A DNA stretch of 64,000 bases from the NCBI GenBank assembly GCA_900547555.1, contig URHG01000001.1, positions 53,628 through 117,627 of the forward strand, in the 5' to 3' direction. This document shows, one piece after another, positions 9,701-20,393 of this stretch (position 1 is its first letter; every line of letters begins with the position of its first letter). The notes below the pieces were generated by a model. It was not told the DNA's origin. It was given only the letters and a program-made list of their open reading frames with translations, and searched no databases. Both the position numbers and the translations under genes were made by a program. Source of the stretch: an uncultured Porphyromonadaceae bacterium (GTDB lineage Bacteria; Bacteroidota; Bacteroidia; Bacteroidales; UBA11471).

Positions 9701-10510
9701 TTATTTGGGAAGGTTGAAAGTTACACTCAATTCTTTCATCTGCTCGGCACTCATACCATCGGGTTCAAAACCCATAGATTTGGCATCGATATAGATTTGA
9801 GCCGATTTGCTCAACACATCGACCTGATCGAATGCGTCCATAATATCTTCACCGACTGCACATACACCGTGTTTTTCCCACAGTACTACATCATAATCGT
9901 CGAGCTCTTTGATCGTAGCTTCGGCCAACTCCACCGAACTGGGCATTTTATAAGGAATAATACCCAAACCTCTCGGACAGAATGCTTTGGTCTCGGGTAT
10001 CATACTCCACAAAAGATTGGTAAGCACATCTTTTTCAAGGAATTTCGGAGCATGGCTCATAGCCACCAATTCGATCGGGTGAGTATGCAAAGAGGCTTTG
10101 TAAGTAGAGCCGCGTCCTATAAGCAGGTTATGCATCGACAAGTGAGCCGGCAGTTCCGAGGTTGGTTTCACGAGATTGTCGGCAATGATTTCATAGCTGG
10201 CACAATCGTCGAGAATGCGTATTACCGAACCGTTCTCCATCGGCCAACGGGCAAGGTCGCGCATGCGCTTATTGGTTCCTTTACAGAAGAAATAGCACCC
10301 TTTGATATTGGGCAATGTCGTTCCTATGGAAGTTACAGGTCCGATAGCAGGCATTTTACGGATTTCGTCATCGACCAACTCGGTAATATTGATAGTTATG
10401 TTACCGCCATTACGTTCGGCCCAACCTTTTTGCCACAAATATCCAGCTACTTCGGCGACTTTTTCCACCTCGCGAGCCAATGCGGGGCGTCCTTCTAATA
10501 TTGATTTCAT
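9701..10510 (-). CDS. rhaD: Rhamnulose-1-phosphate aldolase
   Basis: 269 aa. GWAERNGGNIT and the class II aldolase His cluster (SLHTHP) match E. coli RhaD, and the length matches too. Confidence 0.9.
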   Translation of the reverse strand: MKSILEGRPALAREVEKVAEVAGYLWQKGWAERNGGNITINITELVDDEIRKMPAIGPVTSIGTTLPNIKGCYFFCKGTNKRMRDLARWPMENGSVIRILDDCASYEIIADNLVKPTSELPAHLSMHNLLIGRGSTYKASLHTHPIELVAMSHAPKFLEKDVLTNLLWSMIPETKAFCPRGLGIIPYKMPSSVELAEATIKELDDYDVVLWEKHGVCAVGEDIMDAFDQVDVLSKSAQIYIDAKSMGFEPDGMSAEQMKELSVTFNLPK

Positions 10511-10542
10511 TGTATTCTGTTTTTTAATTTTTGATATGTGAA

Positions 10543-11580
10543 TTATTTAAGCAGTTCGGGTATAAACGTCGAAACGATAAGTACGACAATACCCAACATC
10601 AGAACGGCAATAGTCTGTCGCGAACACCCCTTCCACTCTTTCAATATGATACCCCATACGTTGGAAAATACGACATTGAGAGCCATGAGTATACAGAAAG
10701 CAAGCGTGGTAAGCGTAGGAGACTCCGTCAGGAATCCTTTTCCCAAAGAGAGTCCGAAAAATTGACTATACCACAAAACGCCGGCCAATGCACAGAACAA
10801 CAGGTTATTGCCCCAAACGGCAGACTTCTTATAGTCTCCCCACGTCTTGTTTTTTTGATTTTGGTAGAAACAGTAAACCGCATTGGTTACAAATCCACCC
10901 AACGTAACCAACAAGGTAGCCGGCAGAGTTCTGTACATATCGGACGTAAGTGAACCGAAGTTGATGTCTTTTCCAAATTCCAAACCTACATTGAAGCAGC
11001 CGCTCATAAAACCGGCAAGCAATGCTATGGAAAGACCCTTGGGAAAATTAAAATCCTTTACAGCAGCTTTCTTTTCTTCCTCCGAGAGAGAGGCCGATTT
11101 CATACCGCCGGCAACACCTATGATAGCGATACCCGCCAGCGTTACGACCACACCCAAAATGACAGCAAAAGTAAGCGATTGCAAAGCATTCATTTCGGGG
11201 AAAAACAGGTTCAGCAAGACAGGGCCCATAATCGTTCCCAATCCGGCACATGTTCCTAAGGCGATCGATTGCCCCAAAGCCACACCCAAATAACGCATCG
11301 AGAGACCGAATGTAAGACCTCCGACACCCCAAAGCGCGCCAAAGATGAGGGTCATGCTTATATCGAAAGAGTTCTCGGCTGTGAAAAGATCGGTCAACGA
11401 GTGCCCTTCGGGTACAGCCAAGAGCGCTCCCAAAAAGGGAAAAATCAACCAAGCGAATACACCTTGCACGATCCAATACGACTCCCAACTCCAATCTTTG
11501 ATACGATTGATGGGGACATAACAACTCGATTGGCAAAAGGCGCCAACGGCTATGATCAATAATCCTATTAAGATTTCCAT
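10543..11580 (-). CDS. rhaT: L-rhamnose/H+ symporter
   Basis: 345 aa and polytopic. KDWSWESYW, MRYLG, WYSQFF and LKEW blocks are collinear with E. coli RhaT (344 aa). Confidence 0.9.
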   Translation of the reverse strand: MEILIGLLIIAVGAFCQSSCYVPINRIKDWSWESYWIVQGVFAWLIFPFLGALLAVPEGHSLTDLFTAENSFDISMTLIFGALWGVGGLTFGLSMRYLGVALGQSIALGTCAGLGTIMGPVLLNLFFPEMNALQSLTFAVILGVVVTLAGIAIIGVAGGMKSASLSEEEKKAAVKDFNFPKGLSIALLAGFMSGCFNVGLEFGKDINFGSLTSDMYRTLPATLLVTLGGFVTNAVYCFYQNQKNKTWGDYKKSAVWGNNLLFCALAGVLWYSQFFGLSLGKGFLTESPTLTTLAFCILMALNVVFSNVWGIILKEWKGCSRQTIAVLMLGIVVLIVSTFIPELLK

Positions 11581-11656
11581 ATCATTTTATATGACTAAAA
11601 AGGTTTGTGACGAAACCAATCTCCGCCATAAACCTTTTTATTACTGTAAGTACTTT

Positions 11657-12907
11657 TTATCTTTTAGAGGTAACTTCTCTCTCGTATTTTTCCACTTCGG
11701 GAATGAAGTCTTCTCCCACAGGCACGTTGTTTTTGAGACAGAACATATCCCAAACAGCGTTCCAAGGCATAGCTTTCGCTTCTTCGAGCAGAGCGAGACG
11801 TTGGAAACCTTTGTCTTCAGCTTCGTATTTGCGCAAAGTAGCCAACGGTTCCAACAAAGCACGGAGGATAGATTTCTGTGCCGCACGCGTACCGATCACA
11901 TAAGCGCCGATACGATTGATCGAAGCATCGAAATAGTCCAAAGCGATATGTACGCGATCCATAGCATCGCAACGTACAAGTTCCTGGAAGAGTTCGACCG
12001 TAGAATCGTCCATGATGGTTACGTGGTCGGAGTCCCAGCGGATAGGACGGCTCACGTGGAGAATCAATTCGGGCACGAACAACAACATCGACGACACTTT
12101 ATCGGCTGCCACTTCGGTCGGGTGATAGTGCCCGGTATCGATCGTCAGCAAGGTTTGATTCTTGGTAGCATATCCTACACAGAATTCATTGGAACCGACG
12201 GTATAATATTCCAAACCGATACCGAATACTTTCGATTCCAAACCGGTCTTCATGTGATCGTATTTCACCGAGAAGATTTCGTCCAGACTTTGCTCGAACA
12301 AGCTACGGTAATACATACGATTTACGGTGATATCTTTGCTACCATCGTGTACCCACAAGTTCATGATACAGGGATCTCCCTGACGTTTACCCATCTCTTC
12401 GGCAATAGCACGACAACGTTTGGTATGCTCAATCCAGAAATCACGGATTCCTTTGTCGGGATTCGAGAGAGAAAGATTGCCCGATTTCGGATGTGAAAAA
12501 GAAGATGAGTTGAAGTCGAGTTTGATACCGAGATCGGCAGCCCATTGCATCCAGCTTTCAAAGTGAGCCGGTTCGCATTGATCGCGATCGACGAATTTAC
12601 CGCCGAAATCACCATAAATCTCATGCAAATTGACACGATGTTTAGAAGGGATCAACGACATAGCCTCAACAAGATCGGCACGTACTTCGTCGATATTACG
12701 AGCCTTTCCGGGATAGTTACCGGTCGTCTGGATACCACCGGACAAGGCACTGCCCGACTCGAATCCCACGACATCGTCGGTTTGCCAGCAGTGCAGCGAT
12801 ATTTGAACTTTTTGGAGTTTATCCAATACTTCATCGGTATTTACGCCGATGGCAGCATAACGCTCTTTGGCTATTTCATACGCTTTAAGAACAAGATTTT
12901 CTTTCAT
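11657..12907 (-). CDS. rhaA: L-rhamnose isomerase
   Basis: 416 aa. SLHCWQTDDV, HRVNLH and TGHYHPTE are typical RhaA blocks, and the length matches E. coli RhaA. Confidence 0.93.
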   Translation of the reverse strand: MKENLVLKAYEIAKERYAAIGVNTDEVLDKLQKVQISLHCWQTDDVVGFESGSALSGGIQTTGNYPGKARNIDEVRADLVEAMSLIPSKHRVNLHEIYGDFGGKFVDRDQCEPAHFESWMQWAADLGIKLDFNSSSFSHPKSGNLSLSNPDKGIRDFWIEHTKRCRAIAEEMGKRQGDPCIMNLWVHDGSKDITVNRMYYRSLFEQSLDEIFSVKYDHMKTGLESKVFGIGLEYYTVGSNEFCVGYATKNQTLLTIDTGHYHPTEVAADKVSSMLLFVPELILHVSRPIRWDSDHVTIMDDSTVELFQELVRCDAMDRVHIALDYFDASINRIGAYVIGTRAAQKSILRALLEPLATLRKYEAEDKGFQRLALLEEAKAMPWNAVWDMFCLKNNVPVGEDFIPEVEKYEREVTSKR

Positions 12908-12936
12908 GACTTTATATTTTATGGTTAATTTTCTAT

Positions 12937-14418
12937 TTAAATATCTTCACGATACACCGAAAGATAACGACGATAAGCCTCGTCCCATACCTCTTTATCC
13001 CGAGGCGTAAACTCGGCAAGTTCTATCGAATCGGCAATAATGGCACGCATAGCTGCAATATCGTTTACATCGCCGGCAGCTTTGGCCTGCAACATGATGT
13101 TACCGATAGCTGTACCCTCGGAAGGCCCGGCAGAAACCGGTACTCCTACGGCATTGCAGGTGTTTTGGTTGAGAAGATTGTTCCGCGAACCACCGCCTAT
13201 GACGTGCAGACGTTCGATGGTAAACGGTGCCATCTCCTGCAAGTATCCGAAAACCTGACGGTAACGCAATGGCAGACTCTCGAAGATACAACGGGTCAGC
13301 TCGCCATGCGTCTGAGGCTCCACCTGACCGGTCGTACGACAATAACGGCGTATGGCATCGATCATCGAAGGAGGATTGGCGAAACTGAGAGAGTCGGGAT
13401 TGATAATGCTGCGGAATGCAGGTGCAGCTTCGGCGGCGGCAATCAACTCGGGATAGGAATAGTCATTCCCCGCAGCCGCCCATTCGCGGCGACACTGTTC
13501 AAGCAGCCACATACCGCAAATATTCTTCAAGAAACGGGTCGTTCCTTCGACTCCGCCCTCGTTGGTAAAATTCTTTTCAAAACTGTCTTTATTGATAATG
13601 GCATCTTTTACTTCGATACCCATCAACGACCATGTTCCCGAACTAAGGTAAGCAAAACGTTCGTTTCGAGCAGGAACCGCAGCAACGGCCGAGGCCGTAT
13701 CATGGCCGGCAACTGCTATAACGGGAACGACACCCAAACCGGTCAATTTCTGTACCTCGGGGGTCAACGTGCCCACCACCTCCCCGGGATAGACAAACTT
13801 GGCGAATTGTTCTTTTTTCACTCCTACGACATCGAGTAACTCTTGTTCAAACTCCTTGGTACGGGGATTGAGAATTTGCGACGTCGAGGCGATCGTATAT
13901 TCGGTTACCATCTTACCCGTGAGCATATAACTGAGTGCATCGGGAATAAAGAGTATTTTATCGGCTGCTTCAAGTGCCGAACAATGATTGCGATGTAAAG
14001 TGGACAACTGGAATAAGGAATTGAAATTCATCACCTGAATTCCCGTCAACTCATATACCCGTTCCCGAGGTATGTGCGTGAAATACTCTTCGGGAGCACC
14101 GACCGTGTGCGGGTCGCGATAACAATAGGGATTACGTAAAAATGCACCATCTTTTCCTACCATCACAAAATCGACCCCCCATGTATCAATACCGATCGAC
14201 TCGATGGCGATACCTTCTTGGGCTATTTTTTTCAGGCCTTTGATGATTTCGAGATAAAGGGCGTAAATATCCCAATAACAATGTCCTCCGGTTTCTATAA
14301 TAGGATTTGCAAAACGGGTTACTTCTTTCATTTCCATCTTTCCATCGGAAAGAGTACCCAAAATCGTACGGCCGCTGGTAGCCCCTAAATCCACAGCAAA
14401 AAAGTGGTGTGTTTTCAT
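12937..14418 (-). CDS. rhaB: Rhamnulokinase (FGGY family)
   Basis: 493 aa. The N-terminal FAVDLGATSGR phosphate loop and the FGGY C-terminal block HVIGGGSRN match, as does the length of E. coli RhaB. Confidence 0.9.
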   Translation of the reverse strand: MKTHHFFAVDLGATSGRTILGTLSDGKMEMKEVTRFANPIIETGGHCYWDIYALYLEIIKGLKKIAQEGIAIESIGIDTWGVDFVMVGKDGAFLRNPYCYRDPHTVGAPEEYFTHIPRERVYELTGIQVMNFNSLFQLSTLHRNHCSALEAADKILFIPDALSYMLTGKMVTEYTIASTSQILNPRTKEFEQELLDVVGVKKEQFAKFVYPGEVVGTLTPEVQKLTGLGVVPVIAVAGHDTASAVAAVPARNERFAYLSSGTWSLMGIEVKDAIINKDSFEKNFTNEGGVEGTTRFLKNICGMWLLEQCRREWAAAGNDYSYPELIAAAEAAPAFRSIINPDSLSFANPPSMIDAIRRYCRTTGQVEPQTHGELTRCIFESLPLRYRQVFGYLQEMAPFTIERLHVIGGGSRNNLLNQNTCNAVGVPVSAGPSEGTAIGNIMLQAKAAGDVNDIAAMRAIIADSIELAEFTPRDKEVWDEAYRRYLSVYREDI

Positions 14419-14483
14419 GTATATTTTGCTCTATTTATTTTCAATATATCTATCAAATCCGATACATCGGTTTTTTAGCGATA

Positions 14484-14491
14484 CAAAAATA
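14484..14491 (-). promoter_or_regulatory. Candidate -7 box (TATTTTTG) for the rha operon
   Basis: TAnnTTTG match 66 nt upstream of the rhaB ATG. A second match (TATCTTTG) lies at 14548-14555. Motif match only. Confidence 0.3.
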
Positions 14492-14576
14492 AGTCTTTCA
14501 TTTCTCGCCACAGGTAGAGATTTTGACAGAAAAACTATTCCGATTGACAAAGATAATAAAATCATGGAACTAAAAA

Positions 14577-14607
14577 AATAATGACCGTATAAAATACGGC
14601 CATTATT
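14577..14607 (-). terminator. Terminator after the GH106 gene
   Basis: AATAATGACCGTAT-AAA-ATACGGCCATTATT forms a 14-bp stem with 1 mismatch. On the minus strand TTTTTTTAG follows. Confidence 0.65.
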
Positions 14608-14632
14608 CTACATGTTGGTAAGGAGGAAATTG

Positions 14633-17443
14633 TCAAAATTGATTTTTCAAATTTACCGGCACGAGATGTACGGGGCCTAAAAGACCGCTGGGAATAACTT
14701 CCCAATGACCGAACTTACCTTTCTTATACCCCAAATTATTGATATTGGCGTCTTTGAAGCGTCTCCATTCGATACCCCGACGATCGTATTCGGCAATACT
14801 ATTGGCCGGGAGATTGGTAACTTCTATATCGATCCGGTTTGTACCAGGACGAAGATAACGCTTTACCATCGTATAGAAAGGCACCGACCAAAGGGTATCT
14901 ACCACCGTACCGTTCACCGTAACACGAGCACTCTCCCGCACATCACCGAGATCGAGAATCCACTCATCGCATGGTATATCGGGTAAATCAAACGTAATGG
15001 AATAGGTTGCCGAACCCCGATTGACCGAAGCCTCGGGTATCGGAAGCGATGTCCACGAGCCAAGCGTATCGATCGTAAATGTTCCCGGTATGGCCGGTTC
15101 ACTTTCGGTAAAAGCCAATGACCACCCGTTATCGAGAGACAGGCTCACGGGTTGTTTCGTATAGTAAGGCCAAGCATCACCGGACACATTTTCATCGTAC
15201 ACACAAACGATAGCCGACTCTCCCGAACGCAACTGCAAATAATACTGTAATTTGCCATCGTGAAGACGTGTCCGGGCCATTCCCGAACGACCCGAAACCG
15301 GATCGTAAATAGCAACGGATTTTCCTGCGACCGCCGGAGTTATCCACCCCTCGACACCCTTATTTTGCAATGAAGCAATGAAATAGTGATGCCCCTTATC
15401 ATTTTCACGCCGGATATAATGCGCACCGTAACGGGTCTTCACATCTTCGGGTTCCACACCTGTCATTTCCAACACCTTTGCATAATCACAACCGGTAATG
15501 ATGCGCCCCTTGCCGTATTCCGACACTTGCTCGGCCGTAAAATCACCGGCATCGGGCAGGGTCGAAAGCTGCGTCTTAAATGCTTTTCGGCGTTTCTCGA
15601 CAGAAGCGAAGCCGGGAACATCTTGGGGATAATTATCCACAAATATCAATGTGGCCCCTTGTCGTGCCAACGCAAGGAGGTGTTTGAGGACATCATCGGG
15701 CATCATCTTGACGGCCGGCAATATAATGGCCTTATAATGAGTACCTCCCGTCGTTACCAGCTGTCCGTCGCGATATTTTGTTTTACGCAAAAAATCATCG
15801 GAAATATAATCGACATCATACCCCGAATTGGTAATCTGCGCAATCACGTCGATGAAATGAGGCGCACGCTTCGCCATTTTATGGATATCGAATGCAAGCC
15901 CGAGCGATCCTTGCTGTTCATACCAAATATCATACAAAGGCAAGTAGACGAGAAAGTCATTGTCGGGTTTTCCCATCTGCAAGAACGACTGGCAACGGGT
16001 GATATACGAGAACAATCCGGAGGCATCGCGCCATATCGTATTGGTCGGCGACATATTTATCGTCGCATAAAAGAGCCAGCCCGGCCACTCGGCATCACGA
16101 GGTGAATAGGGTGTCCCATGAAAAAACATGTGATTGACTCCCGCCGAGAACATGAGATCGAGATCGGGCTTACACTGCGACAATGATGTGCGGAAATGTT
16201 CGGTAAGCCATGTGAATGTCTCGGAAGATACATAAGTTTTTCCCGATATATGCGCCCCGGAAGAAGCATATTTGAGCATGGAAAAATCGGAGTCATTGTC
16301 TTTCTTGACCGAATCTCGGCGCAAACCTTTGATGCCGAAATCGGTAATACCGAAACCTTCACACTCGGGAATATCGACCATCGCATAAAGATCGATGAGA
16401 TTTCCGGGTGAACCATGCGCCTGATTACGTACAAGACTTTTGTGCTTATGCGCCCAGTCTTTCCATTGTTGCGTAAAATTTTCTTTCAACAATTCGGCAA
16501 TAGTTTCCCGATAATCAGTAATAAGGCGAGCCCGTATATCGCTTTTTTCGCCTGTCAGTTCCAGCAAATGATTTTCGAGTTTATACCCCCGACGACGGGC
16601 GAATTGCTCGAAAAAATCGGGAGTCCAATCGGCACCGTACACTTCATACGAGTCATTGAAAAAAGTCTCGGGTGCAGGAGCTCCGGAAGAGGCAAAAGCC
16701 CGATCGAAACGAGAAAAATAATTAGCTACCGCTTTCTTGGAGAAATGGTTCATCACATATCCTTCCCCACCGGGAGCCGCCCGTTTTACCTTTTGAAACG
16801 TTTTTCCCAAAAACGCCGCAACGAGTTTCCACTCCTTACCCTCGGGAGCCGTCCAGTTCAACTCTCCGGTTTCCTTATCGACACGGGAAGTAAGATTCAA
16901 AACTTTCCCGTCGGAAGAATAAGCCATCAGACGCAAAAGTTTAGCAACAGGTTTCTGTTTTTTATCGGTTACGACAACCGGTTCGGAAAGCCGACTACCT
17001 CCATCGAGCGTATATTTCAAAAAAATCACTTTGCTGGCGGCATCTTCGAGTGAAACCTCCGGACCACCGAACGGCCATCCAGTACCGTTATTCATATCGA
17101 TATCCAAGCCCAAACGTTTACCTTCCTCGCAAACAAACGAATACATCTGCATCCACCGGGGCGATAAATACTCTATGTCATTGGCTTCATTATTTTTTAC
17201 ACCGTAAATAGGTGTTATTTCAAGTGTTCCCAATCCGGTACGGGCATAATCGGTCATATTGGCCGTAAGGATGGCCGAGTCTACCGCACTGCCCAACCAC
17301 CACCAACGGGTACCGGGTTTTGCCTCGGTCGTCGCTTCGGGCCACGCCGGTGCCTGAGCCACCGCCACAGCCGCGAGACCCATGAACAACCCGCTGCAAA
17401 TCATGCGGGAAATATTCTGTCTGATTATATACATATTCTTCAT
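14633..17443 (-). CDS. GH106-like alpha-L-rhamnosidase
   Basis: 936 aa with a signal peptide. The N-terminal PGTRWWWLGSAV and NNGTGWPFGGPEV blocks are ones I associate with GH106 rhamnosidases. It starts 12 nt after the GH2 stop. Confidence 0.75.
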   Translation of the reverse strand: MKNMYIIRQNISRMICSGLFMGLAAVAVAQAPAWPEATTEAKPGTRWWWLGSAVDSAILTANMTDYARTGLGTLEITPIYGVKNNEANDIEYLSPRWMQMYSFVCEEGKRLGLDIDMNNGTGWPFGGPEVSLEDAASKVIFLKYTLDGGSRLSEPVVVTDKKQKPVAKLLRLMAYSSDGKVLNLTSRVDKETGELNWTAPEGKEWKLVAAFLGKTFQKVKRAAPGGEGYVMNHFSKKAVANYFSRFDRAFASSGAPAPETFFNDSYEVYGADWTPDFFEQFARRRGYKLENHLLELTGEKSDIRARLITDYRETIAELLKENFTQQWKDWAHKHKSLVRNQAHGSPGNLIDLYAMVDIPECEGFGITDFGIKGLRRDSVKKDNDSDFSMLKYASSGAHISGKTYVSSETFTWLTEHFRTSLSQCKPDLDLMFSAGVNHMFFHGTPYSPRDAEWPGWLFYATINMSPTNTIWRDASGLFSYITRCQSFLQMGKPDNDFLVYLPLYDIWYEQQGSLGLAFDIHKMAKRAPHFIDVIAQITNSGYDVDYISDDFLRKTKYRDGQLVTTGGTHYKAIILPAVKMMPDDVLKHLLALARQGATLIFVDNYPQDVPGFASVEKRRKAFKTQLSTLPDAGDFTAEQVSEYGKGRIITGCDYAKVLEMTGVEPEDVKTRYGAHYIRRENDKGHHYFIASLQNKGVEGWITPAVAGKSVAIYDPVSGRSGMARTRLHDGKLQYYLQLRSGESAIVCVYDENVSGDAWPYYTKQPVSLSLDNGWSLAFTESEPAIPGTFTIDTLGSWTSLPIPEASVNRGSATYSITFDLPDIPCDEWILDLGDVRESARVTVNGTVVDTLWSVPFYTMVKRYLRPGTNRIDIEVTNLPANSIAEYDRRGIEWRRFKDANINNLGYKKGKFGHWEVIPSGLLGPVHLVPVNLKNQF

Positions 17444-17455
17444 TGAAACGATCTT

Positions 17456-20338
17456 TTATTGTTTTTTTCTGAAATCGAAACCGAGGTCGAGGTGTATACC
17501 TTCATCTCCCGACTTGATACGAATCGTCCCGGGTTGGCTTTTCGGGCCATGCTGGGAAATAGGTTTAAAGCATCGTATCGCCGGTATTTCCAGCAGGAAA
17601 GATATATCGCCCGCAGGAAAAGCCGGCATCGTAAGGGCTGAGCCTTGCCGATTTTTCGGTTCTTCGGGCGTAAGCATACGCAAATAAACGCCATCGCTCA
17701 TCGAATATACCGTAAAATCCTGCTCCTTATTCTGTATCGTAGCCCAGTAAAGATTGGAATGATAACCTTTAAACTCGGGATAAATGAGATTTTCAAAACT
17801 CTCTCCTGTAATCGTATTGTTATAGGCCTTTTCCCATACTCCCATATTGGCTCCCCTCAAACGGTTTTTCCATACGCGATAAGGTCCGCCACCCAACCAA
17901 CGCATACCGGTTACACAACTTTCGGGATAACTGAATGTAATCCCCAAATTGGTGATATTATCGTAGGTGGCCGCATCATCGAGTCCGCCACCCAACCGGG
18001 AGCGATTGAGCATAAGCAGGCTCATATCGAGCAGGCCTTCGGGAGACATGCGCCAAACGATCGAATCGATATTACCGTTGTACTTCACGGCAAACACCGC
18101 CGTATCGCCGTCCATACGGGTCTGCGTGCTTTTCACGGCAGCCACCATGCCTACGGGAATAGGGCCGTTGGCAAATGAGACAGGTTGTTTCCCGCTGAGA
18201 ACACGGGTAATATATCCCGTCGACTTATCGAATGTTATCTCGACACCGCCGGCAGAAAGGGTTACATTATTGCCTTGTTCCTGACAAACAGCCGGAGACG
18301 AAACAGAAGATGCCTCGCAATGTCGTTGCCAATAATCCCGAGCATAACCGACACTCCACGTACGCGTACACATCTCCGAGCCATCGGGATTGTAGGTCGT
18401 AATTTCCAATACATCGGCATCGAAGAAATTCGAGGGAAGCTCCATAGAAGCATATCCTTGCTCACCGGGCGCGAGAGCAGGCAACTTCACAACACCCTCA
18501 CCGACTTCTTTTTGCATACCTTTTCCAGCAGAAAGCGGAGATTCGACCTTGTAGAGTTTGTAAGCCATACGACACTTATCGAGTGAAGTATAAAGATAGT
18601 CATTTGAGACTTTGAAGCGTCCGTTAAAGGAGGGGGTAACGAAAAACTTCTCGACCTGAATAGGCGCCCATATATCGCGCACGGTATAGTAACTACCCTC
18701 TTTTTCACGATAAGGACCGAGAATACCGTCGGGAGCATTGAAGCCGTCGGAGTCGAGCTCCCCATTCCGGTCGGAACGTCTCACGGCATTATCGCAAAAA
18801 TCCCACATGAATCCGCCTACAAAAAGCGGGTGAGAGGTATAGCTGTTCCAGAAATCTTCGAGTCCGGCGCCATGTCCCTGGTCATACTGTCCGTGCATGA
18901 ACTCGGTGGGCATAAAGAGTTTGTACCCGTAAGTAAAACGCGCCACACCGGTAAGATAGGCGGGATAATGATGCGTATCGAGTTCGTCGAAGTCGGCCCA
19001 CGGGTGAATCACATGGCGTTTCTGCGGATCGTAAAGGGCGAAAAGAGGATCGAGCTTCTTATTCCACCCGCCTTCGTTTCCGTTACTCCAAATGATGATA
19101 GAAGGGTGATTGACGTCCCGCGTCAACATTTCGGCCAACAGACGCGATCCGACCTGTGTATCGTAGGAATTTTGCCAACCGGCCAACTCGTCTATAAAAA
19201 ATACGCCCAAAGAATCGCACACATCGAGGAAATGGTCATCGGGTGGATAATGGCAGCGTATGGCGTTCATGTTCATCTCCTTGATGAGTTTCACATCATC
19301 GATACTTATCTGCTTGTTGGTCGTGCGACCGGCGTCGGGCCAGAAAGAATGACGATTGATTCCTTTGAGGATAACTTTCACGCCATTGACATAGAGGCCG
19401 TCTTTCGGGCGGAAATCCACAGTACGGAATCCTATACGCTGATCATAACGGTGCAATACTGTACCGTCATTCCCGCGCAGACTGACCGAAAGCACATAAA
19501 GATTAGGATCTTCGGGATTCCATGCACGCACATCGTTCCACCGTCCCGACAATGTAACGACACTGTCACCGGCCGCCGCCTGCGCTTGCAGCTTCCCGTA
19601 GAGTACCTCCCCGGTCGCCAATGACGAGAGAGTGGCATCGAGCGTATATGCCTTATCGATTCCCGACAGGAAAACCTGAGCGTCGATAGAACCGTCGGCA
19701 CGGGCATCGACCGCCAAACGGTCGATGTGGCGCATCGGTTTTATTTCGAGAAAAACAGGCCGGTAAATACCGCCGAAAAGCCACCAGTCGGCTTTACGTT
19801 CGGCATTATTGACCGATTTATTGGAAGAATGTTTCCAAACGGTAACTTCGAGTATATTTTTCTTGCCGAAAGATATAAAATCGGTTATGTCATAAGAGAA
19901 GCGATAAAATCCGCCTTGATGTTTCGGGCCTACCACTTGGCCGTTGACCGAGACCTCGGTATCGGTCATCACACCGTCGAATACCAAAGAGACCTGCTGT
20001 CCCTGATAGGCTGCGGAGACAGAAAAAGTATGGCGGTAAATGCCTTGCTCCATACTCGGATTTTTCAACCTCCGCACCATACCCGAATTCCGGTCCTTGT
20101 CCTTATACCATCTTCCGTAGGTATATTCGCCGAATCCCTGCAACTCCCATTGCGACGGGACTTCGATTTTTTTCCATTTGCCGCTGTTACGGCCTTCGGT
20201 GCAATAGAAATCCCACTTCACCGTGTTTCCGAAACCTGTACCCGACAGATATATCTTACGGGTTTCCTGCGCCCGGACAGAAGAAAAAAGGCCGGCACAA
20301 AGTGCAACTAAAAGCGTGATGAATAATCTATTTTTCAT
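17456..20338 (-). CDS. GH2 family glycosidase (beta-galactosidase/beta-glucuronidase type)
   Basis: The track ORF is 1001 aa. I trimmed it to M42 (MKNRLFITLLVALCAGLFSSVRAQ, a proper signal peptide, ATG at 20338). GH2 TIM-barrel blocks NAIRCHYPPDDHFLDVCDSLG and IIWSNGNEGG are present. The upstream extension overlaps a candidate promoter box. Confidence 0.85.
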   Translation of the reverse strand: MKNRLFITLLVALCAGLFSSVRAQETRKIYLSGTGFGNTVKWDFYCTEGRNSGKWKKIEVPSQWELQGFGEYTYGRWYKDKDRNSGMVRRLKNPSMEQGIYRHTFSVSAAYQGQQVSLVFDGVMTDTEVSVNGQVVGPKHQGGFYRFSYDITDFISFGKKNILEVTVWKHSSNKSVNNAERKADWWLFGGIYRPVFLEIKPMRHIDRLAVDARADGSIDAQVFLSGIDKAYTLDATLSSLATGEVLYGKLQAQAAAGDSVVTLSGRWNDVRAWNPEDPNLYVLSVSLRGNDGTVLHRYDQRIGFRTVDFRPKDGLYVNGVKVILKGINRHSFWPDAGRTTNKQISIDDVKLIKEMNMNAIRCHYPPDDHFLDVCDSLGVFFIDELAGWQNSYDTQVGSRLLAEMLTRDVNHPSIIIWSNGNEGGWNKKLDPLFALYDPQKRHVIHPWADFDELDTHHYPAYLTGVARFTYGYKLFMPTEFMHGQYDQGHGAGLEDFWNSYTSHPLFVGGFMWDFCDNAVRRSDRNGELDSDGFNAPDGILGPYREKEGSYYTVRDIWAPIQVEKFFVTPSFNGRFKVSNDYLYTSLDKCRMAYKLYKVESPLSAGKGMQKEVGEGVVKLPALAPGEQGYASMELPSNFFDADVLEITTYNPDGSEMCTRTWSVGYARDYWQRHCEASSVSSPAVCQEQGNNVTLSAGGVEITFDKSTGYITRVLSGKQPVSFANGPIPVGMVAAVKSTQTRMDGDTAVFAVKYNGNIDSIVWRMSPEGLLDMSLLMLNRSRLGGGLDDAATYDNITNLGITFSYPESCVTGMRWLGGGPYRVWKNRLRGANMGVWEKAYNNTITGESFENLIYPEFKGYHSNLYWATIQNKEQDFTVYSMSDGVYLRMLTPEEPKNRQGSALTMPAFPAGDISFLLEIPAIRCFKPISQHGPKSQPGTIRIKSGDEGIHLDLGFDFRKKQ

Positions 20339-20393
20339 AACTAAAAATTCTATAATCTCCGTTCGGAACATCTCTCGGAAAAAGAGAATCAGC

